A DNA stretch of 64,000 nucleotides from Octopus vulgaris (taxonomy: Eukaryota), in contig OX597825.1 in NCBI GenBank assembly GCA_951406725.2, forward strand, positions 35,836,001-35,900,000, read 5' to 3'. Below, piece after piece: positions 27,852 through 40,779 of this stretch. The position numbers and the translations under genes are program-made. How positions within the stretch are numbered: position 1 is the first letter of the stretch; every line of letters begins with the position of its first letter. A model generated the notes under the pieces. The model saw only the letters and a list, made by a program, of their open reading frames with translations. It did not search any database and was not told where the DNA came from.

Positions 27852-28363
27852 CTAGCAGTATCGCCCAGCGTTGCTCGGGTTTGTAAGGGAAATAACTATA
27901 TAAGCACTTTTAGAGAGTTACTTCCCTTATAGATGCCAATTCGGGCTTTCTTAGCCATTTCTGTTTTGGTGTCTTCAAGCCATGAAGTCGTTGTTCTAAA
28001 AGAACGCTGGTCTCCTTGACAACGCTTTACGACGTTGATTTCCTTACACTCCCTTCCCTGTAGCTTCACGAGGGAGGGAAGAAGGGGAGAAGCAAACAGG
28101 TGCAGGTGTGACCATGGACGCCAACTCCGCCGCCATCGACACACAAAATATTATGCATTAAAATGGAATAAAAAATTATGTTAAATTATTTTTAAAATCG
28201 TAGACTCATCGTAGACGAGCGCTAATACTCAGACGGGCTCGATATGAATCACGACTATAAGATACCCGAATTTGGTTAAACTGCACCGCAAAATGTGGGA
28301 GTAGTTAGGAATCTAAATCGAAGGGGACAGACACTCACACAACTACAGTTTTATATATATAGA
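27852..28363 (-). mobile_element. Non-autonomous Helitron (nested)
   Basis: On the minus strand: 5' TCtatatatataaaac and 3' cccgagcaacgctgggcgatactgCTAG. Its 5' part matches about 48574-48780. Confidence 0.8.
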
Positions 28364-29145
28364 TTATTATTAGCGCTTTCGTTCGTTTTTCGAACTAGTC
28401 CAAAAAAAGTGACAACAAATTACTCGGTAATTTCCGTGAGCACGTATTGACTTGTCAACCGTCAGTTGACGTATCGAAATGGAAAGAGGAAGCTAATGCT
28501 GCATTTTGAATTCGAAGAAAATAAGCCTTGCATATTTTACGAAATTCATAAAAACATTTTTGAAGTTGTAAATTAAACAGTATAATACTGTCTAATGCAT
28601 TTTACGAAATTCATAAAAGCATTATTTCAGTTGTATCGTCGCCGACTCTCCAATAGATGCGTAGAAAATAGTGCATTTGGTGTGCGTTGTATAGTCCCGC
28701 AGATCTTTAATTTAGCTTTAAAATTAATGTCATTTATATTTCTTTCTTTCGCACTGCCTTTCATCAGTAGTAAGTGTTAATTTACATTTCTTCCTTATAC
28801 ACACACACACACACACACACACACAAGAACAAGCACGCACGTACAATCCATTAGTTTTCTCTTTACACTTTGATACGTCAACTAACAGTTGAAAAGACAT
28901 GTGCTCACGGAAATTACCGGGTTATTTGTTGTCACTTTTCGAGTCAAAACGAAAGAATGCCCCAAAAATTTTATTTGACAAGTTCGAAAAACGAACGAAA
29001 GCGGTAATAATAATGACTAAAAAATTTTTTTTCAAAATTCTGGCGACCTCTTCTTTTCTCAACATCCGATATCTGTACACCACTTTTAACACTATACACA
29101 CACACGTGTGTGTGTGTGTGTAACATATGGTATAATTATAAACAG

Positions 29146-29186
<41 letters not shown>

Positions 29187-31604
29187 GAAGAGGAAAACAA
29201 AAAAAGCTCAACAGATCATTTAAAATAGGTAAGTTATAACTGTGAATCGAAGCAAAAGTAAAAGTAAATAATAATGTCTTACAGCTGTTTCTGGGGTATT
29301 CTAGGTAATGAATGCGATAAGCTTGTCCTACCTTGGTTTTGTTTTCAGCTTCCTTTAGTTTATACCCGCTGACTCGGAAGTAGTCTACGGATCTCCAGCT
29401 CCAGCCCCCGTTGTGAACTTGGATCCTAGCGGTTTACCAATTACAGCACTCGCAGACTGTACCTACTAGGTTAGATCATCAGTGGCCTAAACCTTTCCTA
29501 GTCTGTATGTGTGTGTGTGTGTGTGCGCGCGCGTGTATGTGTGCGTGTGTATGCACGTCTATATATCTTATTTTGTAACGGCTTCCACCCGGGATAGGTT
29601 AAGCCGGCTCCTATTGAGTTCACCACGTCACGGATCAAGGTGACCCATGCACGACTGTCGGCAACTGATTCTGCTGCGTGTTGAAGCCATTCCCGGTTCC
29701 AGCGACGAACGTCAAAGATATGAGGGCTGGAAATGAGCTCTATATCTGCTTTCACTGTCAGGAGTCAAACTTGTATATTATATTGTATATTATCAAAATA
29801 TACACACGCGCTTAAGTCGAGGAAATGAACAAAGACAAAATTCTTTTAAAAAGGTTCAGTTGCATATCGGAAAGATTTCATGGTCAGCGCTGTAACATGT
29901 TTTAAAGTCCCTTTCCAGCGTGTGGCATTACTTATAGTAAAAGCCCTTAATGTAATAACGTATTTTAAAAAAATTATAAACTTAGTATTAAATTTTCACC
30001 TTAATTAGTTTTACGCGCTAGCTATTAAAATCTTATTCTTATATTTAATTGATAAATATTAAACTAGAATATATTCAGTGCTGAATTATTTTGGTTATAC
30101 ACATGTGGCTGAGATGAACAAGATAGAAAGCCTTTCATGGATGCATAAGTGTGAACATTTGTATATGCTCTGTGGATAACGTTGTGTCAAAAATTTAACA
30201 TTATCATTTTTCTTTAAGTCACCTATCGTAAACGACATCTTTTACCACCACCACAACGTCGATGACGTCACATTTTGTATATGTGTTCATTACCTATGTT
30301 AGGCCAATGACTGACAAGTATATGTGTGTGACGGTGTATGTGTCTGTCAGTATACATACATTTTTGTCATGATTGACACACACACACACACATCTAAAGA
30401 CAATGACAGACACGATGGGACAGAGATAGGCTTCAGGCGTGCGTTAATGTACGTGTGTGTGTGTCTCTCTTAGTTTATGTATGTAACTCCCCATCCCAAC
30501 AGTGAAACGCGACAATACTGAAAGTTACTTGCGGTCTGGACTTCAAACAAACAACAACGTTCACTTTCAAGTACTACCAACATGAAGATTTGGCCGATTT
30601 TACACCACTCATAATACTCGCAAACATATCTGAAAAAAATTATTATGGTTAATATAACAAATTCGGAAACTTGGCGAAGTAGAAAGCCTCAGCGGCTCTT
30701 ACAATATAATTACAAAAATGTTATTCCACTCCGTCTAACCAGTTTTAAAATAATGTTTTTTTTTAACAGTCCTTGTATTCTTCATCACTGTGAGTATCAA
30801 CGTCACACAACCCTTTTACTGCGTTAGTCAGTATTTATTCTACAGCCTATAATGGTACACAGTTCAAAAACATCTTCCTTTTTATACACTTGGTTCAACG
30901 TTTGTTTCAAAATTGCAAAATAAATTATTTTTGTATGAAAAATTGAATTATACCTTCTGAATTTTATTTGACTTTCACTTTCTTCACCGTGACATTCGTT
31001 CAATCGTGAATTTTAATAACATTTAGTCCATGTTCCAAATAAATGTTGACTTTCTGTACTTTGTTACATTGGTGACGTATACTAACTTTTGCTAAACTGG
31101 TGACTTACATATTTTCTACGTTATATCAATAAACAGCTATAGTTATTTCAAATACACTTCTCTACAACGACTAGGTTTCATTACAAAATGAAAATAGTTT
31201 CCCACTTTCAGTTTCAACCAAAATTACAAAGTGTTGAATTGCGAGAGTGACGATGTGTGAATAATGAAAATAATGTTTCTCCGAATTAGTCACATGTGTA
31301 TTATAATAAAGAAAGCTGCTTATTATCTATCTACCAAACAAACTATGTTTTTGACTCAACAACTCATTTTTTACAAACTTCAGCAACAAGGTTGGGTCGC
31401 ACAATTTTGAGGTCATTTTCGGACAATATTTTGATTTGCTTCTAATGTATCACTTTCCTCCAATGTTTCACACATGCGTAAAATTCTACTCAAACATTTA
31501 TGGAAATGTACACATAAATATTGTATTAAAATAAGCCACAACCCAAAAAAAAAGCATTAAAGGATATCCATTTTTCTATGTTATGAGGAAATACAGCCTC
31601 ACTT

Positions 31605-31670
<66 letters not shown>

Positions 31671-33829
31671 AAAAGATGTATGCGTATGTATTTATAAGCG
31701 AAGGTCAAGAATATGCACACCCGGTTTCATAATTTTCAATTGGATCACCAACAATAAGGATGGCTACTTCATTAGATGTGGGCTCATTAAAACAGCGTAA
31801 AATGTTCTTTACTATAGTTTACTATAGACGTAACGAACGCTGAAACACACAAACACACACAATCATTGAATTGATAATATTGAAAATAATAAAACATACA
31901 CGCATGGAGTTCAAGCGAAACGAAATGTAGTCAATATAGGTGCAAAACATACTTTCTGTAGCATGGTTATGCTATAAAAAACATACACCAGTTTAGCAGG
32001 GAAGTTTCTTCAGAAATAATGTCGTTTACCTGTTGTTTCTAACATGTCATGTTTCCTGGTGGTGGTCTGGTATTTTTTAGGTCTACTATTTCGGTTAGGG
32101 TTATGCCAAAAACAGGTGGTGTACGCATTCTTTACCTCCGCCTATTTATGTACGTGTATATGAAAGATAATGTAAGAGAGAGAGTGTGCCACTCGCACAT
32201 ACATGCAAAAAATTTCACACATCACAACACACACCTTCACTCACTCACTCACTCGCTCATTCACTTACTCATTCTCTCTCTCCCACACACACGCCCATTT
32301 CATATACATGTACATCTTATACTTTCTCCGCTCACTTCAAAGCAAATGTCGCCTTTTCACTTTATCCTCTCTTTCAATTTCTGCTCTCTTAAAAGCATAC
32401 AGAATTTAAAACAAATTAATGGAAATTAACAATCATATGATCCCATATATGTCCAGTTGACAACACTACTTCTTAAAATTTCTAAATTTCTTCCGATTCC
32501 TATGTTTGCTATACAGGATATTAGGCTTTCGCCCACAAAACACAATCTCAATCTCAATATTTTAATTTTCTCCCTCTCCACACCAGATTAATTTTTTACT
32601 TTTTTCAAATTCTTCTTCTTGGTAATCCATAGAGAAAAAGCAGAGTATGAATCTTGAAAAATTTTACCCATCACCTCACTGCTTTCAAAAAGCTACACAC
32701 TCCCAATGTTTTACTTTTAACTTTTTGGAAAGCAGGGAAGTTTCTTCAGAAATAATGTCGTTTACCTGTTGTTTCTAACATGTCGTGTTTTCTGGTGGTG
32801 GTCTGGTATTTTTTAAGTCTACTATTTCAGTAGCGAGAAACATCAGACAAAAGATTTTAGCTTTTTGAAAGCTGGCAGGTGATGGGTAGGCAAGGTGGGG
32901 GAAGGGGCATGGAGTGTTTCTTTAAGAAAAATTAAACTATATAAAAAAAAATTAAAAAATTGAAAAAGTTACAAATTAAGAAATTGCGGTGGAGATGGAG
33001 GGAAATCTAAATTTTGAAAGCATGATTTCTGGACAAAATCATGTTAACCCCCTTTTATACGATGATACGATGAAACAATACATTGTTTTTGATCCTTCTT
33101 ATGAACAGAAAGCACTTTCATGCAAACATATGCAAATTGCACCCTCACCATTCACTATTAAGCAAAAAATAACTTTCATTATTCCATTAACTATATATCA
33201 GCTGTGCTGATTCTGCCCATAAGAAAGGAGCAAATAATACAATGTGCTTGTAGGTCATAATTGTTGTATTAAAAATATATAAATAAATAAATATAAATAT
33301 GTATAAAAATATATGTAAATATGTATAAGTATAAATATATAATGTATATGACAGTTTAAAAGTTTTGAATTAAGTATTGAAAGCATCTTACGATCGTTTC
33401 ACAGAAGAGTTGTCCTTATAATGAAATCCTATAATGATAAGCATTTATAGACAACGCTTCTGCTCTTCAGAGATATAAAATTTGAATTCTGTATAACATA
33501 TCGAATGGTAGTTTTTTTTTTTAATTTGAAGCAAAACTATAAAATGGTGTTTGTTTGAAAGATAAATAAATTTTGATGAGAGTCTTTAAATCCATATATA
33601 CTTCCTTGGTTATTCTTCTGCAATAATTCATAATTTTCATACGTAAAATCCATCATATTATCTTGTATTCCAAATATAGTTCATATAGTTAGTTTAGAAA
33701 TGTGAAATTTGTATATACTTTAGTATGAGAATCTTGAAATTCATATATGTCTTCTTGGTAATTCCTATGTAGCAATCCATAATTTTTGGTGATAATGATC
33801 CTAATCGTGAATGTACCATAAATATTCTC

Positions 33830-34215
33830 GGATCTTTTCACTTTGACTGGCAGATTTTTGTAACAACACTTTTAAACTTCATATACTGGTAAAATGTGTC
33901 ACATAAAACAACTTTTTCTCTTGGCGTTCTTGAGAAAATTCTGTAAACAGTGACAAACGAAATATACACCGCGGGAACTTCATGTTTACAAACAACAGCA
34001 GTAATTGTATTCACCTCAATAGACGTCATTGACTGGTTGAAATTGCCGAAATACGAGAAATTTAACAACAAATAGCTTACAAACTACAGAATTTTCTCAA
34101 GAACGCCAAGAGAAAAAGATGTTTTATGTGACACACTCTACCAGTATACGAAGTTTAAAAGTGTTAGTTACAAAAAATTATTTTTTAAAATCTGTCGGTC
34201 AAAGTGAATAGATCC
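33830..34215. mobile_element. MITE, GATCTTTTC-terminus family
   Basis: Long imperfect TIRs: ggatcttttcactttgactggcagatttt and aaaatctgtcggtcaaagtgaatagatcc, extended inward by about 100 bp of inverted sequence. Confidence 0.82.
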
Positions 34216-34358
34216 ACGGTATATTGTATATAAAGGGTGCAAAACGTTGCATCGAAGACCAGCTGTCGGAGAATCTGCCTGTGATTAAACAAGTAGTAAC
34301 ATTCACCTGCCACTCTAATGTTGCAAATCATACTATTGTATCTCTTCTTGAGATATAT

Positions 34359-34762
34359 CAGGAGTGGCTGCGTGGTAAGTAGCTTGTTTACCAACCACAT
34401 GGTTCCGGGTTCAGTCCCACTGCGTGGCACCTTGGGCAAGTGTCTTCTACTATAGCCTCGGGCCGACCAAAGCCTTATGAGTGGATTAGGTAGACGGAAA
34501 CTGAAAGAAGCCCGTCGTATATATGTACATATATGTATGTGCATGTATGTTTGTGTGTCTGTGTTTGTCTCCCTAGCATTGCTTGACAACCGATGCTAGT
34601 GTGTTTATGTCCCCGTCACTTAGCGGTTCGGCAAAAGAGAGCGATAGAATAAGTACTGTGCTTACGAAGGATAAGTCCTGGGGTCGAGTTGCTCGATTAA
34701 AGGCGGTGCTCCAGCATGGCCGCAGTCAAAATGACTGAAACAAGTAAAAAAAAAAAAAAGAA
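34359..34762 (+). mobile_element. SINE family A
   Basis: Near-consensus copy with A/B boxes, core, tail and poly(A). Confidence 0.9.
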
Positions 34763-34832
34763 AATATATATATATATATTTATAAATGAGGGTGAAAAAT
34801 TGATATTAATTTAATATTGTATTTAAGACAAA

Positions 34833-34908
34833 CCTCTGCTGATGATTTATAGATGTGTATGTAAGTAAAATTACATATTACATTAGTAATGAAACAATTT
34901 GTTCAGGG
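34833..34908 (+). ncRNA. Putative type I hammerhead ribozyme with long stem II (diverged)
   Basis: ctctg-CUGAUGA (34839-45), stem II hairpin gtatgtaa/ttacatat, GAAA (34891-94), caatttg, UU, then caggg. The base of stem II is a U-U mismatch. Confidence 0.6.
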
Positions 34909-35062
34909 TCAATCTATTTATTCGTTATATTTCACTTTCCTTCCGTTAAATGTATGTTACTTCTAGTTGGAAACATCTTTTTCTGTGGCTATACTATCGG
35001 GGCTATTTTTAGCACTAGAGTTATCCACATAGTGGTTAACTCTCTAATAATTTATATATATA

Positions 35063-35727
35063 TCATCATCATCATCATCATCATTTAACGTCCGCTTTCC
35101 ATGCTAGCATGGGTTGGACGGTTCAACTGGGGTCTGGGGAGCCCGAAAGCTGCACCAGTCCAGTCAGATCTGGCAGTGTTTCTACAGCTGGATGCCCTTC
35201 CTAACGCCAACCACTCCGAGAGTGTAGTGGGTGATTTTATGTGCCACCGACACAGGTGCCAGACGAGGCTGGCAAACGGCCACGCTCGGATGGTGTTTTT
35301 TATGTGCCAAAGACACAGGTGCCAGACGAGGCTGGCAGACGGCCACGCTCGGATGGTGTTTTTTATGTGCCACCGACACAGGTGCCAGACGAGGCTGGCA
35401 GACGGCCACGCTCGGATGGTGTTTTTATGTGCCACCGACACAGGTGCCAGACGAGGCTGGCAGACGGCCACGCTCGGATGGTGTTTTTATGTGCCACCGA
35501 CACAGGTGCCAGATGAGGCTGGCAAACGGCCACGATCGGATGGTGCTTGTTACGTGCCCACAGCACGGAGGCCAGTCGATGCGGTATTGGCTACGGCCAC
35601 GTTCGGATGGTTTTCTTATGTGCCACGTGCCACCGGCACTGGTACCACAAAGATACAAATTCCATTGATGTTCATCTATTTTGATTTGTTTTGATTTTCA
35701 CTTGCCTCAACAGGTCTTCACAAGTGT

Positions 35728-35730
<3 letters not shown>
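35063..35730 (-). mobile_element. RTE LINE 3' UTR fragment with about 5 tandem ~59-bp modules
   Basis: (CAT)n run, the RTE 3' motif, and repeats of tgtgccaccgacacaggtgccagacgaggctggcagacggccacgctcggatggtgttttt. Confidence 0.88.
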
Positions 35731-35759
<29 letters not shown>

Positions 35760-35762
<3 letters not shown>

Positions 35763-36072
35763 CTAAGATCTTAAATTTAAATTGAATAATGATCTTATCA
35801 AGTGGCCAGCATGGAAATAAAAACCTTCAAAGGTAATAATTATTATTAAAATTATCACTTAGGGTATCTACAACATACCGGCATGCTGAAGATAGCAGCC
35901 AGAAACTGACTCTAAAACCACATTAAGTGTTCATATAGCACAAGCAGAGAAGACAAAAAGACAAAATATAACTTGCTATTTTCAGCATGACGGTATCTCG
36001 TAGATACCCTAAGTTATAATTTTAATAATAATTATTACCTTTGAAGGTTTTTATTTCCATGCTGGCCACTTG
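35760..36072. mobile_element. Penelope-like fold-back remnant related to the end of the 594-bp unit
   Basis: 35799-35897 and 35974-36072 form a ~98-bp inverted repeat. The start (aaggctaag...gaataatgatcttatcaagtggccagcatgg) resembles 6690-6750, and it abuts (TA)n. Confidence 0.6.
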
Positions 36073-36298
36073 GCAGCTGGCAGAAACGTTAGCACGCCGG
36101 GTGAAATGCGTAGCCGTATTTCGCCTGCCGTTACGTTCCGGGTTCAAATTCCGCCGAGGTCGACTTTGCCTTTCATCCTTTCGGGGTCGATAAATTAAGT
36201 ACCAGTTACGCACTGGGGTCGATGTAATCGACTTAATCCGTTTGTCTGTCCTTGTTTGTCTCCTCTGTGTTTAGCCCCTTGAGGGTAGTAAAGAAATA
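36072..36298 (+). mobile_element. tRNA-derived SINE, family B (Meta-SINE-like central domain)
   Basis: Head gctggcagaaacgttagc, B-box-like ggttcaaattcc, central ggtcgactttgcctttcatcctttcggggtcgataaattaagtaccag. Diverged copies near 41440, 47245 and 61385. Confidence 0.85.
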
Positions 36299-36303
36299 TA
36301 TAA

Positions 36304-36337
<34 letters not shown>

Positions 36338-36540
36338 CTTTATTTAAAGCAGCAGAAAATTCAACAAAACCTGTTACTTTGAGTTTCACGTTGCTAAAAC
36401 TGTCCGACGAACGGCAATGTGAAACTCAGAGTAACAGGTTTTGTTGAGTTTTCTGCTGCTTTAAATAAAGCATATTACTCTACCACTGGTATTTAAGTAC
36501 TCTTTTTTCCACCTTGTTTCACATTTATGTGTTTACTCCG
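36338..36540. mobile_element. Penelope-like fold-back remnant with a minimal hammerhead (36400-36437, +)
   Basis: 36338-36394 is inverted relative to 36414-36470. Motif: ctgt-CCGACGA-acg gcaa tgt-GAAA-ctcagag-TA-acag. Same family as 22320-22622. Confidence 0.72.
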
Positions 36541-36798
36541 ATATATATATATATATATGTATGTATATATATATATATAAGACGGGATTCTTTCAGTTTC
36601 CCCCTACTAAATCCACTCTCAAAGCTTTGGTCGGCCCAAGACTATGATAGAAGACACATGCCCAAGGTGCCACGCAGTGGAACTGAACCCGGAAACATGT
36701 GGTCGGGAAGCAAGCTTCTTACCACACAAACATGACATTCAGTCGTTGTCAGATTATATATATAGAGAGAGAGATACATATATATATATACATATATA

Positions 36799-36838
<40 letters not shown>

Positions 36839-36933
36839 AGGATTAATCAGCCGAAATTTGCTATGATGATCCGGTTTCTGACGTGTTCGTCTCTTTGTGT
36901 ATTTCACGTTCTTGTTCCTTTTTATATATAAAT

Positions 36934-37016
<83 letters not shown>
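36934..37016. repeat. (GATA)n microsatellite
   Basis: Seen directly. Confidence 0.97.
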
Positions 37017-37169
37017 TATCTAGTTAGATAGATAGATTGGTTAAATAGATTGTATAGCCCCACAGATCTTTTTAAATTTAGCTTTAAAATTAATAGAAAT
37101 CAATGTCATTTATATTTCTTTCATTTGCATTTCCTATATATATATATATATCTTGTCTGTTTGAATTGA

Positions 37170-39430
37170 GTCCTAAGGATTCAATTCCCAAACGAAATAT
37201 GTTCAGTTAAGGATCACAAATGAGCTACCACAGTTTCATTTGATTAATCTATAAATCGACCAATCAACGTGAAGATATAGCGTAATACGGACCACGGAAT
37301 TTCTAAAATTTGCTGCCTTTTCATTCTGCAGAAACTGTTAGGTGCCTAACTCAGGCAGACAGCCTCAGCTAACCGCTAAGACCAGATGGCATTCGCTTAA
37401 ACCATCTTCGACACTCACAAAAGGCAGACCGCTAAGACTAGACCACCTCGAGCAAGAAGCGATTTCGGGTACTCACAGACGATGTACCACAGCTAGCCTT
37501 CTACAAGACACAGTGTGGTTTCTCTCTGCCCAGTCAGCTGTTATATTATCAACAGCTTTCTTTGGGAAACAACCAACAAGCACCACCGTCATTGGTGTCA
37601 TCACAAGTCACGATATTTAGTGACACCCGACACAAGAAAAGATCGGCGAAAAGACAGGCAAAATTAGCGACAATCTCATGGAAACCAACTCTCCAGCGTG
37701 GCAATGGACATAAATCAGAAAGCAGGCAAACGAAGCAAACAGCAGTAAGTTTTAAAAGGGCACATGCCAAAAGCTTACAACTTTTCTCACTGTAAATCCC
37801 AACCTATGATGTTGATGTGCTAATAGCGTATCTATTAACAGGTTTAACACGCATTTTTGACCCACAAATTTTTCGTTCGTCCGTCAAAACAGCTAAATCC
37901 AATTTTTCATTGTCGCTGAATATTTCGTCTACCTTCGAACGCATGATTTTGCAGCGAATTTAATCTAGAAACTTCCAGAGTTCGCAGTAACAACCGGTAA
38001 TTAATATTTTCATATCATTTTCCAAATAACTTACGCTTAGATATGGCAACTTCACCTGTCCCGTCGCTTTCTTCTGAAAATAATGACAGCTCATCTATCT
38101 GGTTACTTTTACCTTCGCTGTCCTTCCATCCACTGGAGATCCTCTTACTCAGTTTTAGTAGCGAATAAAATTTCTTCGGATACACATCAAACATGTAAGC
38201 CATTTTTGATACATATAAAGGAGCGGAGCTCCTCTACTCAGCCAACTTGGTAGGTTGTATTATTGATATTTTCTCTCCCAATATTTTTAACTCAGAAATT
38301 CATTCTCCTACCTTCGTCTCTTCTATTTGCTCTGAACTGGCGACGTCTCGAAAGACGATTGAAGTCAGAATTCAAGCTCTGACACTCGATACACCGTGAC
38401 CTTGAATTCTCGTTGCCAGATGACTTCAAGAAATCTTTCATTCAGCCCTCGTGTGAGACTTACGACATTTTGTTGGTAGCACAACTGTTCTAAAGCTAAC
38501 GCACACAGATGCCTTCAACCATGTTCTTTCAAATTAGACACCACCCAACCTAGAAAAATGGCAACGCCAGGGATTGAATATGACTACATCTCTTGGGGCA
38601 CCTTCAATAAGTCATGTCGTTTGCGTTTGTGACACTATTTCTAAATCTGATTTCCTGGTAGATACAGGAGCAACATATTTGTCAGTAAAGCACTTTCACC
38701 TTTTATTTGATCATAAACCATTAACCTATGCTTTACAATCCAAAATGGATAAATATTCTCCTAGTGACGTTAGATGCCCTGATTATATTTCACAATTTGC
38801 AGTGGATATACATCATATCAAGGGTACAGAAAATTCTGCAGCAGACGCATTATCCCATGTTCATATCAATCCTTTGCATATCTCAAAAAATTATTGCTTA
38901 ATCTTTGTTACATGAACTCTATCTCAACATTTATTCAGTTTTCAAAGCATTTTTTTGTCGTGCGGAGCGGTGCATTTGCGTTGAATTATGTTATTTCGCT
39001 ATTTCGTGATTTCGTTCTTTTCCCTAATACTGCAAATCACTGGAAAGTGACTCCTGTAGAGTTTCGAACCCCAACCGCAAGATATTCAGTTAGGGATCAT
39101 GAGTGAGCCACCATAGTTTCACGTGATTGATTTAAAAATTGATCAATCAGCATGAAGATGTAGCGTGATATGGCTCCTTGGATGATCTAAATTTCGCCCC
39201 CTTTTCACCCCATAAAGTCTGTTTGGCGTCTAACTCTACGAGATGGTCTCAGCTAACCGTTAGGACAAGATGGCCTCGAGCATTCGCATAGACCATCTTG
39301 GGAACTCACAAAAGGCAGACCGTTTAGACCAGATCACTTCAGGCATTAGGACAGACCACCTCGAACAAGAAACAACTTCGGACTTTCGCACACAATGTAC
39401 CACAGCTAGCCTTCTACAAGACACAGCGCG
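37170..39430 (+). mobile_element. Old Gypsy-type LTR element remnant with diverged direct repeats
   Basis: About 37170-37520 and 39055-39430 are diverged direct repeats. ORF 38574-38915 joins a protease motif (FLVDTGA) directly to RNase H (FDHKPL...HIKGTENSAADALS). Confidence 0.68.
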
Positions 39431-39548
39431 GAGCGACTGAGGGCGTTATTCAGCACCAGTATTGCTAAAAATAAGAGCCAGATCACCAGAGATTTCGCAT
39501 CTATATTAACGCTCATGAGTGGCTTTTATCGTCGCCTTGAGTTAAACT

Positions 39549-40090
39549 GGATCTTTCTGTTTTGAACGGTATATGTCAACACAATTTCTAGTTAACTAAA
39601 CACTTTTAAACTTCGTATACTGGTAAAATGTGTTTATAAAACATCATTTTTTCTTGGCTTTATTGAGAAAATTCTATAGTTTGTAACATATTTCCACTTT
39701 AAAATCGAGCATTTCGGCAATTTTAACCAATCAAATACGTCCATTTGGAGTCAAAACATACCGTGCTGTATGAACATGTCCCTTGTTTAAGAAACAGATT
39801 GGGTTTATTTACATTTGCGAAGAAAAAAAGATATCCTTCCCCCACCCCTAACCCTAAAATAGATTGAAATGCAAAGATCGATACTAGGGTTATAATTATG
39901 GGTGACAATTTCATATGACACCGCTACGGAAAATGGGATTTTTTTCTAGCGGTGTCAAATGAAAATGTCACCCATAATTATAACCCTAGTATCGATCTTT
40001 GCATTTCAATCTATTTTAGGGTTAGGTTTAGTTAGAGTTAGGGTTAGGGGTGGGGGAAGGGTATCTTTTTTTCTTCGCCTTTCGGTTGAA
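39549..40090. mobile_element. GATCTTTTC-family MITE followed by an inverted partial copy
   Basis: Matches 27411-27834; about 39818-39926 is inverted relative to 39947-40078. Confidence 0.75.
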
Positions 40091-40779
40091 AAATTGCTAA
40101 CAAGCCACTCTTGTTATTTATAATCTACACCATTACCATTTATGAAATTAGCGTATGATTTCTATGGTGATTTTATATGCTGACAAGGCGAGTTAAGTTT
40201 AACCCAAGGCGCCAGTAAGTGCCACTGACGAGCATTCATGTAAATGCGAAATCATCTGGCTATGCCCGGTGTTTAAGAAGCTTACCTCCCTAGTCAGTCA
40301 ATGTCGGTCATTGCCAATCATCTGCATGTATCGGTGTCATCAATTAGAGGTATGGTGCATAGAGATATCAGAGACAAATCTTAAGTTGTTAGAAGAGAGC
40401 AGTTCAAGACCAATAAGATCCATGAAAACCAGGTGATCCAGTCGAAACACTTACTGAACAAACTGAAGCATCCTGAAAAAGTAGGTGCTTATTGTGGCTA
40501 TGAGTTGTTTTGATTCCAATTTGTAGCAATACTGGTGCTGAATAGCGCCCTCAGTCGCTTTACATAGATGTGTGTGTGTCTTTGTCTTCCCACACTACTT
40601 GACAACCGGTCTTGGTGTGTTGGCGTCCCCGTAACCTAGCTGTTCGGCAAAAGACACAGATAGAATTAGTACTATGCTTCAGGAAAAGTCCTTGGACCGA
40701 TTTGTTCGAGTAAAACCCTTCGAGGCCCTGCCCCAGCATAGCCGCAGTCACGACTGAAACTAGTAAAAAATATATATAA

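Larger units (their letters stand above)
27371..29061. mobile_element. Long-TIR non-autonomous DNA transposon with nested insertions
   Basis: Outer TIRs tgagaaaagaggaggtcgccagaatttt and aaaattctggcgacctcttcttttctca. The inverted match continues as about 28363-28480 versus 28868-29012. Confidence 0.78.

Noticed and set aside
29275-29490. GAAACAGCUGUA and CUGAUGA on the minus strand
   Set aside because: About 190 nt apart with no matching stem I or stem II; possibly a Penelope remnant but not supportable as a ribozyme.
31995-32830. ~100-bp direct repeat (31995-32095 and 32730-32830) as an LTR pair
   Set aside because: No TG...CA ends, PBS or PPT; it looks like a local duplication within repeat debris.
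35238-35545. CRISPR-like array of palindromic repeats (also 52042-52190 and 624-1210)
   Set aside because: Whole units repeat with no unique spacers, there are no cas genes, and they sit inside eukaryotic RTE LINE 3' UTRs.
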